This document shows positions 11,615 to 23,600 of a stretch of 64,000 nt of DNA, piece by piece; positions within the stretch are counted from its first letter, which is position 1; each line of letters opens with the position of its first letter. The notes below the pieces were generated by a model, which was not told the DNA's origin, did no database searches, and saw only the letters and a list, made by a program, of their open reading frames with translations. The translations under genes and the position numbers were made by a program. Origin of the DNA: Ruditapes philippinarum (lineage: Eukaryota); contig NW_026859131.1 of assembly GCF_026571515.1 (NCBI RefSeq), positions 62,001 to 126,000 on the forward strand, in the 5' to 3' direction.

Positions 11615-12282
11615 ATACCAAGTAATTTGGTTTATTTTCAGGCTTAAACATTTCAGGGTGCTGCTTGACACGCGGGCTTTGCATGGAAATCAGTGTAACC
11701 TGCTTATACTGTCGTGATTAGAGATGAACGGAGAGTGAAAATAAATAGTTAAAAACTTATTTGTACATATGTATATTTATTATCCTTCTAGATTTTTTCC
11801 GCCTTTTTTATTGGATATTGATCACCCGAAAGAAACTGATATTACCGAGCCAGACGGGTAATATACACACTAAATTTCCCTGTTGGGTACCAAACGTTGT
11901 AAACAACATGCGCCGTGGCGATGCGCGTACGGTTTGATTTTACGCGATGTAAATTCCGATTTACAAGCACTTTTTAACTGTCAAATGATAAATATTTACC
12001 AAAATAGAGTAATGATACATATTCTCATCAGTATTGAAAACAAATATGACCTTGTGAAAGCTTGATATTAATTCCAAAAAAAAGTGATTTCAACAGACTA
12101 CTCCTTTTTTCTTGTTTACATTCGTTAGGTTCGAAAGAAAATACGTCATGTATTTATGTGACGTCATGTTGTGGTGAAGGGGTACCCTAAAGGGAGTCTT
12201 ATTTCGACGTTTCATTTGAAGTAGCAATGATTTGTTTCAAAATAGTCTTAATTAACTTGGCAGGGGAAGGGTAATAAAATTA

Positions 12283-12415
12283 TTATTTTGGTTTTGGAGT
12301 GATATATGTGGATATATTACCTGCCAAGATAAAATATCACCCTCGCCTGACGGCTCGGGTGATATAAAATCTTGACAAGAAAATATCCACATATATCACT
12401 CCAAAACCAAAATAA
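12283..12415. repeat. ~130-bp hairpin (likely non-autonomous DNA element terminus)
   Basis: ttattttggttttggagtgatatatgtggatat ... atatccacatatatcactccaaaaccaaaataa around the apex ctcgcctgacggctcg. Confidence 0.8.
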
Positions 12416-12999
12416 CATATAATATATGGTTGTTTGAAATCCATATTTAAATTCATTGCGTCTGCGTCGAATGAATAGACTTATTTACGATGCGGAAAAA
12501 TCGACCGGAAGTAGTATTTTCCCGCGCATGTGCAAACTGCATAGGGCAAAAAATACATCGCCCGACAGAGAAATGAAGTAGAAGTTCATAGACAATTCCG
12601 AGTTAGTTTAATGTTAAAGTGGAAAAATATATAAAATAGCTTTTAACAAAAACACAAAAGTTGCTTTATAGCTTTTGTGGCCAAGATTACCATAAAAAGG
12701 CATGGAAAAGATGATTGTTTTAGATACCCCCCCCCCCCCTTCCTTACGATCATAAGGGAATAATTGTTGTAAAAGATGTGGAAATATATTTATTAGCAAA
12801 TAATGAGGTTAACTTAATTGTTGTTTAAATAGTTCATATAGAACTCAAGAAATTTTATAACATATGAAATCGAGGTTAATTATCATTCTGAAATTACACG
12901 TGTAACTAATGCATTTGTAACTTCCAATCTTCTTTAATTTATCCTTCATCCGATTTGACTGTGATGCGAAACAGAAAGTCACATGAATATATATACGGA

Positions 13000-13126
13000 A
13001 TATTATGTTGTAGTAGCTTTCTGAAGTCTTGTATTTTGCTGCAAGCAGCGTTGGAAGATTGATATCAAATTTCAAGCGATGCGAGTAGCAAAATACATAA
13101 GCTCAAAAAGCTGCTACAACATAATT
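13000..13126. repeat. Imperfect ~125-bp hairpin
   Basis: attatgttgtagtagcttt...tgtattttgct pairs with agcaaaataca...aaagctgctacaacataat. Confidence 0.65.
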
Positions 13127-13240
13127 TCTCCTTTTATTATATACCTTTTTGTCTTAAGTAAAAAAATATACTTCACTTCATTTAGTAATTTCAGCAGATG
13201 AAATGTAGCTGTCGAGAAATAAATTCATGAATGCCGGATG

Positions 13241-14259
13241 AAATAGAGGATATTGAATGAGTGTGAGTTCAATACTGAATTTATTGAACGAGTTGAATAA
13301 AATTATATAATGCAAGCCTCTGACGAACATAATATTTTATTATTCAACGAGTTCAATAAATTTAGTAACGTATGGTGGCTGATTTGTGCCATTCGTGTTT
13401 TCGCCCCGCGACCCCGCCAAGCAAAAAGTCGAAAATTAACAAGTTAAAATGGCGGGGGCGCGGAGCGAAAACACGCAAATTAGCGAGGGCGCGGGGCGAA
13501 GTTTAATAAATAAAACTTCGCCCCGCGGGAGCGCCGAGCGATATTTAAGAAATAAAACGGCGGGGTCGCAGGGCCTCGCTAATTAGCGTTTTTTTGCTCC
13601 GCTCCCCCGCCGTTTTATTTCTTAAATTTCGCCATTTCACGAATGGCACAAATCAGCCACCATAGTAATGAACTTATTCTTTATTATCACATACCAAAAA
13701 TAAAGACCGTTTATTTCATGCTTTCCAGTGTTTTATTGTAATATATCAGATGATTATATTCTGATAAACCACAAGTGAAATTTATAAAATATAATTTTCA
13801 CTGTAGCCGGACTATGTCTGATTGCGGATGAAAAGAAAACCAAACCAAATGGAATAACAGGCAGAAATAAATGCCGCCATATGTAAATTTTGCTTCTTTA
13901 GGAAAAGAAAGTTGATGTTGCCGTACATCATGTTAAAGATGTAACAAAATTAGAGAAATTTAACAAAACTATATTTCAAAATTGATGATGTGACGTCATG
14001 ATGTGATGACGTCACAAAGGAGAATGCACGACGTTACGCGGCAAAATCAGTAAAAAATACTTAAAATCACTTAAAAAGCATGAAATAAAAAGAAAATTTA
14101 TTTATTTTACATATAAGATTGAAATATATTTCATTCGTGAACACCAGCTTTTATATTTTCACTCGTGGCTACGCCACTCGTAAAAATATTGCATCTGGTG
14201 TTCACTCAGTGAAATTATATTTCAATCTTACATGCAAAACAAACAAATATCCTCTATTT
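13241..14259. mobile_element. Non-autonomous DNA element with 14-bp TIRs and subterminal hairpins; hosts a nested MITE
   Basis: AAATAGAGGATATT (13241..13254) / AATATCCTCTATTT (14246..14259); second copy at ~21210..21797; an inverted copy of the right end begins at ~14302. Confidence 0.75.
13371..13664. mobile_element. GC-rich MITE, 27-bp perfect TIR including terminal TA
   Basis: tatggtggctgatttgtgccattcgtg ... cacgaatggcacaaatcagccaccata; longer copy at 40690..41172; terminal TA is consistent with a Tc1/mariner-type TSD. Confidence 0.9.
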
Positions 14260-15273
14260 AAAGTGAAATAAAGTCATTAATCATTGACGCGCCTACAGTA
14301 TATAGAGGGAATTTGTTTGTTTTGCATGTAAGATTGAAATTTATCACACACCCGTGCCGATTTTGCGACTCCGTAAATATGGTATTGCACGGCCGTGCAT
14401 ATATTTTGACGTGACGTCATTAGCGTTATACAAACATAATGTAAAGACGCGCTAAATGTTAGCGTTGAACCACAGGAACTTGAAATTCTATCAATATTAA
14501 TGATAATATCCAAAATATACCCCCTATACAGTATAAATAAACACAAGGAATGAAACGCCAACATAATTTACGCCGAACAAATCAACAAAACAACTGATCA
14601 AAATAATCTATCCGGCAATTTCGATAAACAATAAATAAATGTATCAAATACCACCGATAACTTTTTGAAATCGCGTAGCTGTGTAGGAATAATTCAACAT
14701 TTTCTGATTTTTTCCCGCGATCTGAGTTTGTCGCCGACTCCATTCCGTGACGTCACTGGATTTTAATTCGAGGATAATAATATTTATTAAAATTATTTTT
14801 AATAAGTTCCAAAAAATAACATGTATGGATTAAACTTTTATACAAATTATTCTATGTAAATAGATTTAAACATCTTTATGTAAAACCTTTTTAAGAAATT
14901 ACTTTTATAAATACATTTGAAAGGGAAACCCCAAACAAGAACGGTAAATCTTTGATAGTACTTTCGTTTTGTTTGAGTTCTCTATTTGATATGGCCCAGC
15001 AAATAAATTCAGCCATGTCGTAAGAAAGAAATTAGTCATTTGTTCTAGTTTGACAGTATTTTACTTGCAAACTTGTTATTTCTTGAACTTGTTAATAAAA
15101 ATTATTCTCCATTAAGAGCAAATATATCAGGTTTATTTTTTTTTAGATTCTTTTTACTATAAGGCCGCAACTTGTTGATTGATGCACGGTATATATAATA
15201 TATAAAAGTTGCATGTTAACAGGGGAGTGCGTTAATTGATAACTTGCGTCTGAACTATGATTAATTAATTGTG

Positions 15274-15370
15274 GTTCTGAAAACAAGGAAACATAGATAT
15301 AATGCAAAGTTTATGATGTAAATTCATTATTATACAGCATCTTTTCGCATCTTATTCTTGGTATGGTTGG
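15274..15370 (-). pseudogene. Diverged duplicate of the stop codon/proximal 3' UTR of gene A
   Basis: gttctgaaaacaaggaaacatagatataatgcaa...ttatacagca...ttcttggtatggttg aligns with 17529..17640. Confidence 0.7.
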
Positions 15371-17600
15371 GTGTATTTCACATATTATTTGCAGCTTTAC
15401 GTGAATGAACATTATTTGGCGTATATTTCTTTTATTTCAGGCAAACGCTATTGCGAGTGTATTTTGTTTATTACTTGCACAAATAAAATCAAAGTGCTGC
15501 AGCACTGAATGCGACGGACATGCAACCGGAGAGACATTAAGGCTTCTTTTAGAAAAAACATAGCAAAAACAAAACATAAAAAATATAAAAGAGAAATTCG
15601 TTCCATTCGAGATTTGTAGAGCAATATATTTTGTGTCCCAAACTGATATAATTCAGATTTTCTACTCTCGAGCACTTAAATACAGAATGAAATTTATGCC
15701 TAAAAACTCTGGTCAAACTTGTAAATCAGTGTCCTTATCGATTTATTCCATGAAATGATATGTAAATAGAAAAAAAACCGTCAACGAAATATTTCTAAAA
15801 TAAAACCAGGCAAATAAACTTCAAACATAAATTAGTACATTATACATTTGAGAATGCTATTTAGAATTGCTTCGTGTTATATCATAGTGAGCATATAGAC
15901 AATAAAATATAAGTCATTTGTATTTTTTTATGTCCCATTAAAAAACAATTTGGTTAAAATCATCAGCAATTAATAGTGTATTTTTTAGATTTTTTTTATT
16001 TACAAGGTAAAGATGTAGAGGCCAGAGCACATCGTTTTTATTTTATTTTAAATGTCACTTAAGCACTACAGTGTTTAGTTGTCCTTTTCAATTTCACACT
16101 AAATTCCATTTTCAACTTGTTTGCTTCTTACAATTGTATAGAATTTCTAAAAGTATTGGTTTATTACATGTATAATGTGTACTCCCTAATCGCCTGTCCA
16201 AAAATCAGAACAGGCGAAGCAGAATCTATTTTTAGAATAGCGAAGGTTAACTCATATCATGACCTAGAAAAATATATTAACAAACCACAAGAATCGGAAG
16301 TAGAACTGATATTATAACTTCCTTACCATGAAAGACTACATGGCGGTCAAGTGTTGAAAAACTCTCTCCTTACATGCATTTTCAAAAATAGATATTTATA
16401 CTAACCATTGTACTGTATCTAAGATATTAATAACTGCTGAATATTCAGCTAAACCCGCGGTATGAGTCATGAAAATAGTTCTTCTTTTATTATTGCGCGA
16501 GTTATCCTAGAGTCACGAAAAACTTTTGATTAACTTTCGATTTGTTAATAATAATGTTTTGTATAATGAAGAAATATTTATTTCCTACTAATAATGTCTT
16601 GGAACTCAGAGGTTACACCTTTATTGTAGTATAATTTGCTGTCCTACTTTTTCGACAGCGGTAAATCGTTTCGGCAGTAATTTGCATATTGCGCAATAAT
16701 ACTACGGGACTACAACGTTTTTATCAATAATATACGTTCATATTTTAACTTGGATAACTTAATTTGAAATTGAAAAGGCTAAATATGGAAGATTTTAAGA
16801 TATCAAGACAAAGTATGGGAGTTTTGAAGGATCAAATTCATGTACTATTTTTTGGGATGTTAATCGGTTTAGGACACACTGCGCGATTGTAGCCAACGAA
16901 TTCCCATGAAGATGACTTAGCTCTGAACGCGCCTGAGGGCGCGTCCGTCGCAAAAACATATTAGAGAGTCAGTTAACTCACAAAACAACACAGGGGAGAA
17001 TACTACGTTAAAGTATTGTATTCCATTTTCAACGGTTAAATGCCTGAGTGAGTGTGAGTAAGTTATCATAGCATGTGAGCTATAACATATTATAAACAAA
17101 TGAACAATAAAATCTGGAAGAAATTGAGTTGAAAGGGAGTCAATCCCTAACTTTAATCATTCATATATATTCATTTATGCATTCTATCAAGCAAACATAC
17201 ATGTATATAACTATTCTTTCACGCTAAGTTTAATAAATGTATCTATGTATACATTATATACAACTGGTAAATAAGACTTATCAGCTTTCGTTAAGACATT
17301 ATACATATATATATATTATTAGCGATTTTGAGTAATGAAATGATATTTGCCAAACCAATAATTATATCATGAAACTATCATCGCAGCGATTGTCTAAATT
17401 GTCACCCTATCTTCCATATATTTTAAAGATTGTTTATACCGAAAAACAAAACATAAATCAATTATACATATAACTGATGTTGCACATGACATCAAAAGTG
17501 ATGAGTGAACCGAAAAGACACACTTGTAGTTCTGAAAACCAGGAAACATAGATATAATGCAACGTTTCTGATGTTTCAAAATTTGTATGTAAATTAATTG

Positions 17601-20600
17601 TTATACAGCAACTTTCACCTCTTCTTCTTGGTACGGTTGATACATATAGTTTGGATCCTCTTCGTCAAACATATTTGTATCAAACTCTTCTAATTTTATA
17701 TCACTCTTTGTAACTTCTTTTGTAAACGGTATAACAGGTGTTTCAAAACGTTCTAGAGCTACGGAACCTTGTAAGGATAGTCTACTATCATCATTGTCGA
17801 TGTTGTTTATATCTGATATCATAACTGGTGTCATTGGAATTGGAGAGAAATCAGTCTGCGTGCCGTCCTCAAAAAATTCGGGTAATGGCGATTTCTGGGA
17901 TTCTAATTTGTTCAAATTGTCTTTCTTCTTTTTGTTCAAATTGTCCCGTTTCTTTAATCTGCTTACTTGGGTTGAAGGTGTTCGGGGTACACGTTTATGC
18001 CCACTTCTTGAAAGTGTTGTAGAACTGCGCTGTAATCCGCTAGTTTTAGGAGATTCGTATCTTGAATACATTCTTTTTACATGAGATGGAGGTCGTGCCG
18101 GAATAGGTTCTTGTAATTCCCAAAATAAAGCCCTTCCATATAAATACTGAAGACTCTCATCAGCAGAACTCATCAAGTCTTTCTCAGACGTTGTTGTTGA
18201 TTCTAAAAGTTTAAGACACCAGTTAGATTGAAATATACAAGCACATTTGTACATACACACAATGTATGTTTAAGCGAAATCGTTTTATAAGACAACCTTT
18301 CGTAAATTTGTTTGCTTAAATATTTCCTTTACATATATGAATAATCAAAACTTACTTTTTACGTAGTCGAAGTATTTCTTGTCTCTGTACAGTTCTTCGA
18401 GCAACTTTTTCCATCTGTTCTCTGGAAGTCGTTTCTTCAGTGATTCAATATCAATACTCTCCATCCCATTAGTTTTATCCCCGAACGCTTCCTTCCAAGC
18501 ACGTGGGTTATCTTTCCTATGAATACGTGCAAGAGGGGGTAGCGAAGCATGGTTAGCATTTCTTGATATAACTAGTGGTTCGGTGAATTCTTGCGGTGAT
18601 TTTTGTCTTGATTTAGGTGGCATGTACCTCGTGTTGTGAGGCATACCGGGTGTTTGCGGGTTCGGCCCAAGTGAGAACCGATCTTTCGGACGCTGAAATT
18701 TACAACAAATTTGACTGTAAGAATCCGCATAGAACATTGAGGTATACAGAGATACACATTGCAAATGAAAAAATGATTCAAAATTGGGTTGTATTTACAT
18801 TATACTTTAATTCGTTCATAAAATTGTAAGATAATATATTTTTTCATCTAAGTATTGATTGATTATTACACAATTCTAATATAAAGTTAATTTAACAATA
18901 TCATAATTATGTAGAGTGCTTTACATTAATCATTGCGAAGTGATTCTTAGGTATTGATTGATGTGCTAAAAGAAAGGTTTGTTTATAGCTTAAAACAAAA
19001 AAATCATAAACATATTCTGTAAAGTATTATATCATTTCAAGTTTGTTGTAATAGAATGAGACAATATTTGACAGAACAGCAATTCATATAATGTGGTTGA
19101 TACATGACTGTTACAGTGATAAACAATGACAGGAGCCTTTAATTATAATTCAATCATGTAAGTAACCCTCTTCTCGAATTATTACCATGAAGTTTATGTC
19201 TTAGTGTTGGCACAGACGGCATTGGTGAAACTGTGTTTGCCCTAGCATTGCGTAATCGTCGGATCATTGCCGACCACGGCTTTGATCTTGGTCTAAGTTT
19301 TGGTGGTGTATGCCATGATGTTTTCTTCTTTTTCGGGGAACCAGATGTAGGCCGAAAAAGAACAACTTTTCTTACAAATGGAGTATTTTGGTATGGTATA
19401 TATCTAGAAACAACGAGTTTCTTTCTCTTTTGCTTTCCAATATTATTATTCCTTCTCTGAAATTGTGCAAATATTTAACAAAATAAAACTAATTAAAATA
19501 TGACTTTTCCCTGAAAAGTGTATGTCTGTGGTAACGTCATACTCAAGTGTGAAAATAATTTTTAAAGTATAATTCAGCTGGAACGTTACCCCTTAAATCA
19601 TAATTCAATTCATAATGTAACAAGTTACCACAGAGCATTCAGTTTACAGAAAGTCATATGTAATCTTTGCTTTTGGACTTACTTTGCGTTTATCCTTTTT
19701 AGGATTTAGGTTAGGCAAAATGAGTCGTGGCTCTTTGGTTTCGTCATCTGACAAATCATCAACTGCATTTTCATTGTCAGCAATATCACTTAGAGTTTCT
19801 ACATCTTCCAATTTCTATGAAATACAAAAAATGCTTGAATCTGAAGGTGTCATATAATGAATTAAAGCCTGCTCTAAATGCTCTGTGGTTGCTTAAAAAC
19901 TATCAGAACGACAGAAGCAAGTCATTGTATACATAAATCATAATTATAGTTAGAAATTCTAGCTGTCAAAAATTTATCTAAAAGTTATCACAAGACAAAC
20001 ACAGAGCACTCATACACAGCTTTCAACTGATTTCAATAAAACAAAATTACAATTTAGTTAAGACTAACAATACACAATTTTCACTTTATTTTTTGACAGC
20101 AGAAACATTTACAATTCTAACCTTTGCCTTCTTTGAATCTGTTTTATCTTCACCAAGTTTCTTATCCTGGTCTTCGTCTGCAAACCTTGTCTTTCTTTTA
20201 CTTTCTGCTGGCCCTAGTTTATCAGCTTCTTCAACTTGTATTACTATATCCTTTGCAGTTGTTCCTCTGCCATCTTCGGAACCAGTGTCTGCCTTTGCTG
20301 TATTTTCATTAAGACGAATATTGGTGGGGTTGTAATTTAAATTAATATTTTTTACTTAATATTTAACCAACATTACATAAAAAAAATTCTCTTCTGAAAT
20401 AATCATTGACTTAGATTCAAACTAAAATGTAGAAAATGATTATACTACATTTTGTATATATTTATTTCTAAGAAATAATAATAATATACAATATACTGAG
20501 TTCTTAATATTCAAAGATGTAAATGACAACACTAACGTTTTGCCTTTGGTCGAAATTTGAGCTTGGCTAATGCAAGTGCTTTTAACGGCCTCTTTCGTCC

Positions 20601-23600
20601 TTTAGCAAGATCTTTGATTCTGTCAGAGAAGACTTTGTTTGTTTTCTCTGCTGCCTTGAACTCGTCTTTATTATCTTTTCTTTTCCTTTTCTCCGCATAC
20701 ATATGAGCTTCAAGCTGAAAAAAATCTTCCATGAATTACTCGTTTAATTAAAGATGTGACATTAAGTCACGTCTCAGACCTATTCCAAATTGACTAACTA
20801 TTTAACAAAAACATTTTGAACGTTAAACTAACATTATCCTGATGAAAATCATTAAATTGCACTTGTAATTTTGTTTCCTTTTCATATGTCAACATTCCAT
20901 TTCAAATTTCAGCTTTTTCTAATCATTACTTACTGCAGTCTGCCTTTGATCCTCATCCATGTACAGCTGACCTTCATTGTAACCCTAGAAAATATATAAT
21001 AATAATAATAAACTAAGCCTATTTATCAATAAGAAATAATAAAGTTTTACTATCAAAATGATTTCCGAAAATTAATTGATAATATATATATATTCACCAT
21101 TGTACATGCCTCCTTGCAAGACGAACCTTTTTAACTTTCAAATTTTGGATTTAAAGTTAATTTCTTTGTTAGTGAGCAATCTATCGAAATTACAAGAGAA
21201 TAGCGAGTTTAAACAAAAATACTTATGAGTGTTATCTATCCTTAAATCTCTTATTAAACGTTTCTTATTACATGTTTTGCAGTAGATTACTGAATTATAA
21301 CGGTTAATTATATTCTGATAATTTCACAGTAATGATTACCAAATATAATTTCACAGTAGCCGAACTATATTTGGCGTAAAAATAAAATATTTATAATTAA
21401 TGAATGTTTTTTTCAGCGGAAATGTAGTCAATCATAACAAAAAATGTACGTGATAACTGTAGTTCGTAAATATTTACGAACGTTGTGCTGAAAAACTTCT
21501 AAAATCTAAAAATAATCATGGAATTATATTTTGCTTCAACATTGTGACGTCATTATTTGATGAGCATGACGTTACGCGGCAAAAATCAGTAAAATGGTGT
21601 AAAAATCGTTAAAAAATCATGAAATAAACAGAAAATTTGTTTGTTTTACATGTAAGATCAAATAATATTTCACTCGTGAACCCCAGCTATTATATTTTCA
21701 CTCGTGGCTACGCCACTCGTGGAAAATATTGCATCTGGTGTTCACTCGGTGAAATATTTTTCGATCTTACACTGAAACAAACAAATATCCTCTATTTAAA
21801 TTATGAAGAAAAGATTGAATGAAAAGACGTGTACATACTTCGAGACCCTCCAAACCCATCATATCTTTTCTTTGTGACCTCTTGATGAGACCATTTTTCA
21901 TGTTGTCGGGAGAGTACATCAAGCGGTCAAGGTCATATCTTGTCTCGTCAGGTAAACCAAGCCGCATATTCGGCGACAATTCATCTGGATCAACCTGTCA
22001 TTTTATATGAAAATATGTAAATTTGCAGTATTCTTGTTGACTTTATAATATTAAATCACAGCTCTCCTATAAACATTTACTATCCTGAAAGTAGGCACCG
22101 GTCATACTTTTAAATACGCCTCATGTGTGAATATTAGTAATACTGTAGAACAGTAATGAAATGGAAGAACAGTGAAGAAAATTCAACCAGTAGCAAGACT
22201 AAATTGAAAATCCTTTTTATTAGCTATTGTGATATGTCTGCGCTCGGCATTATAAGGAACTGAAAAATTTGACTGTATACCATAAAAGACAGCTATATAC
22301 AAAATTAAAAAAATATAACTTATGGACATATTTCTGAACTAAAGCTGGGACATATAGAGTTGACCCTAATGGGATCTGAATCTACGACCCTCAGTTTCAA
22401 TGTACTTTTGAGTATTTGTAGCCTATTTGAAAATTTGTCAAGTCAAGGTAATGTATTAGGATGATTCTACAATAAAAACCCAGGTACCTTTCTATTTGCA
22501 GCTTCCCATTCAGCTTGTTTTTTCTTCTTCCTCTTCTGATACAGATAGTAGATGATTCCGGCAGCTATCAGCGCCAATATTAGCACAACAATAATAACAA
22601 TAGCTGCTATTACACCAGCTGACAACGCCGAAGAACTTGATTCATCATAAGCTAATATATAAAGTAAACGTAATAAAAGTTATAAGAGCACATAAAATAA
22701 ATCATTTGGATCAATTACACATCATTACAAAATTGATAGGGGATATGAAATACTACGACTTTTCCCGCAGACTTGTTTTCCCTGTACCAGGAAAGTAAAT
22801 ACCATGGAGAAAGACATCTCTTCTGTAAAATCTTAAAGGCAATTTAACAACTTATTATAAACAAGATGGCCAAGATGGCTCTAAATCGCTCACTTGACCA
22901 ATTGAACTCATTGTTTAAAGGAGTTGATATACTTACCGCAAAGAACTGAAAAAGAAAATATAAAAAATGAAATGTTTATCATTCTGATTTAATCGAAATA
23001 CGAGAATATACATGTAAGTTATACATCATTAACGTCTTAACACTTTAGATAAGAAACCAATTATATTTTACATACTCGAATTTTATTTTTTAACTGAAAC
23101 TTAAATATTTTATTATGAATCTTTGTCCGAGATATATATGTATACTCTTTGAATCAGACAAAAAATATTATGACTGGCTGTAGTAATATATGTCTTTTAT
23201 ATAGTATCTGGAATATATAAGTAATTTTAAATGTAAACATACGACTAGAGGTCATAACCAGGGTAGCCCCAGGAGATGCGACATTAGTTTCATTCATAGT
23301 GGATGGACAGTCACCTGGATACTGGGTAGCATAAACTGTACCATAACCCCTTGCCCTCTGTATAACAACGAAAAATGAAATTTATCATTGATATTTTATA
23401 AATTGAATCAGTTTAATGTTATTACCATTTGGCAATGCTCACACAATGATATATAAACACATAAAATATAATAATAATTCAACTTTAAATACAAATTAAC
23501 AAAAAAAAATTAAAGTAGAAGACTTTACAAAATCAGATTTTCAAACTTAATATAGAGAATTTTTCATTTGAACGACCCTTCATTTGTTTTTTTAAAAAAA

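Noticed and set aside
17794-20335. Plus-strand ORFs (17794, 17828, 18617, 19233, 19727, 20093, 20124)
   Set aside because: Antisense shadows of gene A exons.
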